A program made the translations under genes and the position numbers. The notes under the pieces were generated by a model, which had not been told where the DNA came from, did not search any database, and saw only the letters and a list, made by a program, of their open reading frames with translations. This document shows positions 63,917 through 64,000 of a stretch of DNA of 64,000 bases, piece by piece. The stretch's first letter is position 1. Every line of letters starts with the position of its first letter. Source of the stretch: Octopus sinensis. Its lineage: Eukaryota. The stretch lies in the NCBI RefSeq assembly GCF_006345805.1, contig NC_043015.1:8370001-8434000 (forward strand), read 5' to 3'.

Positions 63917-64000
63917 TTTTAATCCATTCTTGTTGCTTTTTTCCTATTTATAATCACCCCACTTGTCGTATGGCTAACACCATATTGATATCCGGTGCAT

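Overview
Very AT-rich, microsatellite-dense eukaryotic DNA. It is most likely an octopus or other coleoid cephalopod genome; this is an inference from composition and SINE families I recognise, not a database match. I can support no host protein-coding gene, tRNA/rRNA gene or CRISPR array; most short ORFs in the track are translated microsatellites or transposon pieces. The window is a graveyard of mobile elements: R4/Dong-like REL-endonuclease LINEs sitting in (TAA)n (one near full length, 817-4573), two CR1/L2-group fragments, an RTE relic, mariner and hAT relics, a small MITE, at least five tRNA-headed SINE types, and many Penelope-like element (PLE) pieces. The main discovery is a set of minimal type I hammerhead ribozyme (HHR) motifs in PLE-type terminal repeats. 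Cores with all conserved nucleotides lie at 15871-15939 (+), 17960-18058 (-), 58396-58486 (-), 58814-58904 (+) and 63829-63916 (+). Each has CUGANGA, stem II, GAAA, a 1-bp stem III with a self-complementary tetraloop, and a GUH cleavage site. Two related copies show compensatory base changes in stem I. Several HHRs sit in ORF-less head-to-head palindromes (arms of about 186 and 274 bp) that abut (TA)n. Indel-only differences between repeats suggest that some frameshifts here may be assembly errors.
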